From Gemmatimonadota bacterium (lineage in GTDB: Bacteria > Latescibacterota > UBA2968 > UBA8231): 43,086 bases of DNA. Position 1 is the stretch's first letter. Every line of letters begins with the position of its first letter. The stretch lies in the NCBI GenBank assembly GCA_038153405.1, contig JAYOYH010000041.1:1-43086 (forward strand), written 5' to 3'. The notes below the pieces were generated by a model. The model did no database searches and was not told where the DNA came from. It saw only the letters and a program-made list of their open reading frames with translations. Shown here piece by piece: positions 38,465 through 43,086 of this stretch. Made by a program: the position numbers and the translations under genes.

Positions 38465-39037
38465 ATGCCGAAAAACAAAATAAATATCATCGTGCTAAAC
38501 GGGGCATCTTCTTCCGGTAAGACGTCGCTGGCGCGCGCGCTACAAAACATATTTGAAGAACCCTACTTGCGCCTTGGGACCGATATCGTACACGCCATGC
38601 TGCCCGATCACTTTCGCGACCGTCGCGATGCACAAAGCGAGCGCATGGTGCGCGATGCGATCACCGGCATGCACCGCAGTGCCGCCGTAATGGCGGATGC
38701 CGGCAACAGCGTCATCGTCGATACCGTAATGGTCAACCGGGTCAGCGTCGGTGAATGTGCGCACGCTCTGGCGCGCAACCGCGCCTTCTTTATCGGTCTG
38801 TTTTGCAGCGACGAAGTGCTGAGAAAGCGCGCCGCAGAACGCGGGGAGAGCATGGTTAACATCGCCCTGCAGCAGGCGCGTCACGTGCACAAACATAGCA
38901 TTTACGACCTCAAGATTAACACCGAAGGTAAGCCACCCAACACAATGGCCGAGCAGATCAAAAATCTGGTAAATAGCCGCACCGAGCCCGAAGCATTCAA
39001 GCGATTGAGTTCCCAGTATAAGAAAGGCGGCTCGTAG
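38465..39037 (+). CDS. Chloramphenicol phosphotransferase-like P-loop kinase
   Basis: IIVLNGASSSGKTSLARALQ, AGNSVIVD, R...RG, VH....YDL.INT. Confidence 0.85.
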   Translation: MPKNKINIIVLNGASSSGKTSLARALQNIFEEPYLRLGTDIVHAMLPDHFRDRRDAQSERMVRDAITGMHRSAAVMADAGNSVIVDTVMVNRVSVGECAHALARNRAFFIGLFCSDEVLRKRAAERGESMVNIALQQARHVHKHSIYDLKINTEGKPPNTMAEQIKNLVNSRTEPEAFKRLSSQYKKGGS

Positions 39038-39047
39038 GCCGCCCGAA

Positions 39048-40040
39048 ATGGATCTGATTACGCAGGGCATAGCCGGAGCGGCCGTCGCCCAGGCCATAGC
39101 GCCTGCCCACCTCGGTCGTCGCGCCGCTTTAGTCGGTCTGTGTGCAGGTGTCTTGCCCGATGCCGACGCGCTCATCTACAGCGCAAGCGATTCCTTGCTG
39201 CAGTTGGAGTACCATCGTCACTTTACACACGCCTTGGTCTTTATTCCACTCGGTGCCGCGCTGGCCGCCCTGCTGCTGTGGCCCTTTCTGCGCCGTCAAC
39301 TGACCCTCAAAGAACTCTATGTATATGCTTGCTGTGGCTATGCGCCGGGCGGCTTGCTCGATGCCTGCACGAGCTACGGGACCCATCTGCTCTGGCCCTT
39401 TTCTGCCGAACCCGTCGCCTGGAGCATTATTGCCATCGTCGATCCCGCCTTTAGCTTGGCCTTAGCCGTCCCGCTCGCCATTGGACTGCGCCGGCTGCAG
39501 CCGATGCGCATAGGGCTCGTGCTGGGTGTTGCCTATCTAACCTTTGGCGTTGTCCAGCACCAGCGCGCGCTGGTCATTGCGCGCGAAGTAATCAGCCAGC
39601 GCCAGCACGTGTCCCAGCAGTTGATCGTCAAGCCGACCGTGGGCAATTTGCTGCTGTGGCGCAGCCTCTACACCGCGGGCGATAGCGTCTACGTCGATGC
39701 GCTCCACGCTGGCGATCCACCGCGCATATACCGCGGGGGAGCGACGCGCCTCTTGGATGTCGAACGCGACGGGCTGTGGTCGCCAAAGGACTCGCGTTCG
39801 CGCAGTGATCTGGAGCGCTTTACCCGCTTTGCTCGTCGCTTTGTCGTCGTTTCTCGTAGCGAGCCAAATTTCTTCGGCGATGTGCGCTACGCCATGCTGC
39901 CGAACAGTCTCGAACCGCTCTGGGGCATTTACCTAGATCCATCGGCCCCCGAACAGGCCGGCCGCTATGCGGCGCGGCGTGAACTGAGTCCGGCGCTGCG
40001 CGACTCCTTCCTTACCATGCTGCGCGGCAATTCGCTCTAG
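39048..40040 (+). CDS. Membrane-bound metal-dependent hydrolase (YdjM-like)
   Basis: MDLITQG..GA, LPDAD, HRHFTHAL, LLDACTSYGT.LLWPF, IVDP. Confidence 0.85.
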   Translation: MDLITQGIAGAAVAQAIAPAHLGRRAALVGLCAGVLPDADALIYSASDSLLQLEYHRHFTHALVFIPLGAALAALLLWPFLRRQLTLKELYVYACCGYAPGGLLDACTSYGTHLLWPFSAEPVAWSIIAIVDPAFSLALAVPLAIGLRRLQPMRIGLVLGVAYLTFGVVQHQRALVIAREVISQRQHVSQQLIVKPTVGNLLLWRSLYTAGDSVYVDALHAGDPPRIYRGGATRLLDVERDGLWSPKDSRSRSDLERFTRFARRFVVVSRSEPNFFGDVRYAMLPNSLEPLWGIYLDPSAPEQAGRYAARRELSPALRDSFLTMLRGNSL

Positions 40041-40172
40041 TGGGTTTGGACGGGACCGGTCCCCGAGTTTTTTCCGGGCCTTTTCGCCGTCCGTCTCTCA
40101 TTGTAGTTTAATGCCCCACATTTATGTGAATGCCGCTCATTGTTGTACAACGAGCACAACAGGGAGGTTCTC

Positions 40173-41420
40173 ATGTCCGACTACACCGTTCGCGCCGCGC
40201 ACTGTAGCTATACGGCCAGCGATGAAGAGGTTTATCAGGCCCTCGTTCGCGCTACCGATCCCCTCATCGACAGCTGGGAGCGTCTGGCTAAGGCAAAGCG
40301 CATTGGCATCAAGATAAACCAAGACAAGCCGGTCGATCGCTGGGTGCGTCACGAGGGACAGCTGCAGCAGCTCGTCAGCGAAAAGGTCGTGCGCGCCTGT
40401 TTGCGCCTGCTGCGCGAGCGCACCTCGGCAGATATCGTCTGCTCCGACGTGAGCTTTTACGCGATGTATCAGGGCACCGATCCGCAGCAGACGAGCACGG
40501 CCCTGCCGCTGCTGAAGGAATTTGGCGTCGAGTACGTAGACTGCACCAAGCCGCCCTACCGCGTCCAAGAGGTGCCGGGCGGTGGTCAAATGTTCAAGCA
40601 CTATGTGCTGCCCGAAAGCGCGCTCGACGTCGACGAGTTCATCTCGCTGGCCAAGATGAAGAACCACGCCTTTATGGGAATCACGCTGAGCCTAAAAAAC
40701 CTCTTTGGCCTAATGCCGGCCGAACCCGAGTGGCATACGCGCACCTACTTTCACCACCTCGTGCGCATGCCCTATATGCTCGCTGATCTGGGGCGCATCT
40801 TCAACCCAGTGCTCAACATTGTCGACGGGCTGGTCGGACAGGCTGGCCAAGAGTGGGGCAACGGCCTTGAAGAGGGTCCCGCGCGCACGGCCAATACGCT
40901 GGTGGCCGGCAATCACACCATAGCCACCGATGCTTGCACCGCCCATCTGATGGGCCACGATCCGCTGAGCGACTGGCTCACGCCGCCGTTTCTGCGCGAT
41001 CGCAATTCGCTGCTGGTGGCTGCTGAGGGCGGCTTTGGCACGGTCGATCTGGGTGAGATCGACTTCCACTCAGAGGTCGAGGGACCGGTCGGCGCGTTCT
41101 ATTCCAATGCGACAGACACGCATGAAATGGTCGTGTCCTGGCGTCGCACGACCTGCGAGCAGGGACTCTACTACCGCGACAATATGGAACACTTTGTCGA
41201 GCGCTATGCCGGCCAATACGTCCTCTTGCAGGAGGGGCAGGTGCGCTGGCACGATAGGGTAAGCGATCTAAAAGGCAGTCGGCGCAAACTGTCTGGTGAT
41301 AGGCCCGAGCAGGCGATGTGGCTCAAATACGTCGACCCCGAAGAGGCCGAGGGCGAGCATTTCGAGGTGTACGAGCACGGTCTGGCGCATCTGCATACCG
41401 CCGGCATTCAGGCGGCGTGA
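40173..41420 (+). CDS. DUF362 domain protein with a C-terminal extension
   Basis: GGAGG RBS. IKIN, ISLAKMKNH..GITLSLKNLFG, NIVDGLVG...G, ATDA....LMG.DP. Confidence 0.8.
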   Translation: MSDYTVRAAHCSYTASDEEVYQALVRATDPLIDSWERLAKAKRIGIKINQDKPVDRWVRHEGQLQQLVSEKVVRACLRLLRERTSADIVCSDVSFYAMYQGTDPQQTSTALPLLKEFGVEYVDCTKPPYRVQEVPGGGQMFKHYVLPESALDVDEFISLAKMKNHAFMGITLSLKNLFGLMPAEPEWHTRTYFHHLVRMPYMLADLGRIFNPVLNIVDGLVGQAGQEWGNGLEEGPARTANTLVAGNHTIATDACTAHLMGHDPLSDWLTPPFLRDRNSLLVAAEGGFGTVDLGEIDFHSEVEGPVGAFYSNATDTHEMVVSWRRTTCEQGLYYRDNMEHFVERYAGQYVLLQEGQVRWHDRVSDLKGSRRKLSGDRPEQAMWLKYVDPEEAEGEHFEVYEHGLAHLHTAGIQAA

Positions 41421-41425
41421 TCGCC

Positions 41426-42226
41426 ATGCAACAGGAAGCGTTTGACGCGCACGTGCTGCGCATGCAGCTGGATGGCTACACCGTGTTGCCGGATGTATTT
41501 AGTGCCGAAGAGTGCGACCGGGCGCAAGAGGAGCTGGAGCGCTTAGCCGCGGAGGGTGATGCCCCTTCACTAGAGTGTCTTTTCAACAAGGCGCGCATTT
41601 TTGAGCGGGTCTATCAGGTGCCGCACCTGCTGCAGTTCATCCGTTACTTTCTCGGTGCGGATGCCGTGTTGAGCGGCTGCTATGGCAGCATCCGCCGGCC
41701 GGGTGACGGCGATGGCGGCCTGCATTCGGACGGCGCCATTACGGGCCATAATCGCCGCCAGTCGATGGCCGACGGTGATGGGGGACAGCGCATTATTAGC
41801 CACGTTCTCGGCCTTAATATCATCACCTGTATTAGCGAGTTTAGCCGCGAAAATGGTGCGACGCACGTCGTGCCCGGCAGCTGCAAGTGGCCAACGCTCG
41901 ACATTCCCTCGCCTCCGGTGCCCGGCTTGCGCGTAGTGGAAGCGCCGCGCGGTTCGGCGCTGGTGTTTAATATCAACACCTGGCATGGTCCTTCTGCTCA
42001 TCGGGGGAGCGCCAATCGTTATGCGTTGCTCACACCGTGGCGGCGCTGTTGGCTGCGCGGCGAATACGACTTGGCTTCGATGGTCAATCCCGATGTATTG
42101 GAGCGAGCCGGTGAGGAGGGCGTTAAGGTGTTTGGCCTCGGCGCGCGCATACCCTACCTAGAAGGGTGGCAGTGGGATCGGGCGACGGGCGCTCCAAAAG
42201 CGGAGTGGTCGCACCTGGGCCGCTAA
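41426..42226 (+). CDS. PhyH family Fe(II)/2OG dioxygenase
   Basis: DGYTVLPDVF, LHSD, NGATHVVPGS, GSALVFN..TWHG. An alternative GTG start at 41417 overlaps the upstream stop. Confidence 0.85.
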   Translation: MQQEAFDAHVLRMQLDGYTVLPDVFSAEECDRAQEELERLAAEGDAPSLECLFNKARIFERVYQVPHLLQFIRYFLGADAVLSGCYGSIRRPGDGDGGLHSDGAITGHNRRQSMADGDGGQRIISHVLGLNIITCISEFSRENGATHVVPGSCKWPTLDIPSPPVPGLRVVEAPRGSALVFNINTWHGPSAHRGSANRYALLTPWRRCWLRGEYDLASMVNPDVLERAGEEGVKVFGLGARIPYLEGWQWDRATGAPKAEWSHLGR

Positions 42227-42227
42227 T

Positions 42228-42265
42228 AAAAAGGGGCAACGCACCGGCCGTGCGTTGCCCCTTTT
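42228..42265. terminator. Bidirectional intrinsic terminator
   Basis: AAAAA-GGGGCAACGCAC-CGGCC-GTGCGTTGCCCC-TTTT: perfect 12-bp stem with A/T tracts on both sides, between convergent genes. Confidence 0.9.
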
Positions 42266-42284
42266 GCGCATCGTAAGGCGTCTC

Positions 42285-42497
42285 TTATTGGAGCACTATG
42301 ACTCCATCGGCGGCCGGACCCTTCTGGCCCTGCACCACTTCAAATTCCACTTTTTGTCCTTCGGCTAGCGTGCGGAATCCATCGCCGCGAATAGCGCTGT
42401 AGTGGACGAAGACGTCGCTGTCGTTTTCGCGCTCGATGAACCCAAATCCCTTGGATTCATTGAACCACTTAACGGTGCCAGTTTCGCGATCTGCCAT
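42285..42497 (-). CDS. Cold-shock protein (CspA family)
   Basis: [51 protein letters not shown]. Confidence 0.97.
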   Translation of the reverse strand: MADRETGTVKWFNESKGFGFIERENDSDVFVHYSAIRGDGFRTLAEGQKVEFEVVQGQKGPAADGVIVLQ

Positions 42498-42549
42498 GAG
42501 CAAATCACCTCCCATTAAATGAGTGTGTTGGGCGTTCAAACCAACGATC

Positions 42550-42627
42550 GGTAGGGGATCTACTTCAGGCGGATCAGATCTACGGCTGGTAGGATCTACT
42601 TCTGACCTTCGGTTAGGAATCTACTAC
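42550..42627 (-). repeat. Four short imperfect repeats (+ strand RATCTAC) in the csp 5' leader
   Basis: GATCTAC at 42557, 42577 and 42593, and AATCTAC at 42618. Longer forms GGTAGGGGATCTACTTC, GGTAGGATCTACTTC and GGTTAGGAATCTACTAC. Confidence 0.7.
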
Positions 42628-42684
42628 TCGGGTTGGAACGGCTGCCAACTATGTTGAACATTTCGCTCTGAGGCGAGTGGCTAC

Positions 42685-42713
42685 AATATACGTCGATACG
42701 TTTCGGAAATCAA
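42685..42713 (-). promoter_or_regulatory. Putative sigma70 promoter of the cold-shock gene
   Basis: Minus strand TTGATT-N17-TATATT, implying a 5' UTR of about 180 nt, as is typical of csp genes. Confidence 0.55.
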
Positions 42714-42735
42714 TTGCCTTGTAACGGCGGTTTTT

Positions 42736-43086
42736 TCATGCGTCGCCTTCGTCAAACGCCCTGCGTATGGCCGCCAGTAAATCCTCTGCCTGCACAGGTT
42801 TAGACAGCGTGCAGAGCGCGCCCATTTCCATCGCTCGATCCTCCGTTTGCTGCGAGGCGCCGGAGAGCACGATCACCTGTACGGCAGGGGTATGGGCACG
42901 CACGTGTTCGATGACGCCAAAGCCATCCAATTCGGGCATGTTGAGATCCGTTACAATAAGATCAGCCGGATCCTCGTCGTGGATCTCGACGCCTTCGCGC
43001 CCGTCCATGGCGACGCTGACGCGGTAGTCTCCTGCGTTCTCAACCGTTTGCGAGAGTTGTAGGGCGATTATGCCTTCGTCTTCTAT
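42736..43086 (-). CDS. Response regulator receiver domain (5'-truncated by window edge)
   Basis: Frame is open to the window end: IEDEGIIA...DLIVTDLNMPELDG...LSG...KPV. Confidence 0.88.
   Translation of the reverse strand: MEDEGIIALQLSQTVENAGDYRVSVAMDGREGVEIHDEDPADLIVTDLNMPELDGFGVIEHVRAHTPAVQVIVLSGASQQTEDRAMEMGALCTLSKPVQAEDLLAAIRRAFDEGDA

Noticed and set aside
38465..39037. Chloramphenicol resistance determinant
   Set aside because: CPT-like kinases are widespread with unknown substrates; nothing here indicates antibiotic specificity.
42550..42627. Possible mini-CRISPR array
   Set aside because: Repeats are only 7-17 nt with irregular short spacing, no cas genes are present, and they lie in a csp leader.

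Overview
A 43 kb, GC-rich bacterial chromosomal segment with about 42 protein-coding genes. I found no rRNA, tRNA, CRISPR array, transposase, integrase or phage gene. Most genes are small-molecule catabolic enzymes: four PhyH-family Fe(II)/2OG dioxygenases, two CE15-like esterases, and GMC, Gfo/Idh/MocA, aldo-keto, SDR, enolase-superfamily, FAH, RraA, ThuA, TIM-barrel isomerase, creatininase and beta-propeller glycosidase-like proteins. They are mixed with housekeeping genes (moaA, ettA, purN, a cold-shock protein) and scattered orphan two-component proteins. The gene mix suggests an organic-matter-scavenging heterotroph such as a Latescibacterota/Poribacteria-like MAG (inference only). Most notable observations: (1) a FolC ligase fused in frame to a complete C-terminal ATP-grasp ligase, next to moaA; (2) an internally duplicated membrane protein heading a GMC-Gfo/Idh/MocA-ettA operon, divergent from a TIM-barrel/AKR/SDR set; (3) an aspartate-dehydrogenase homolog that resembles metazoan ASPDH and appears to lack the NadX catalytic His; (4) an adenosine-deaminase-like enzyme with a large insertion; (5) a repeated-hairpin leader upstream of the cold-shock gene; (6) a lower-GC porin plus CHASE hybrid-kinase block; (7) a decayed sugar-binding-protein gene. 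All family calls come from motif recognition by eye, without database searches.
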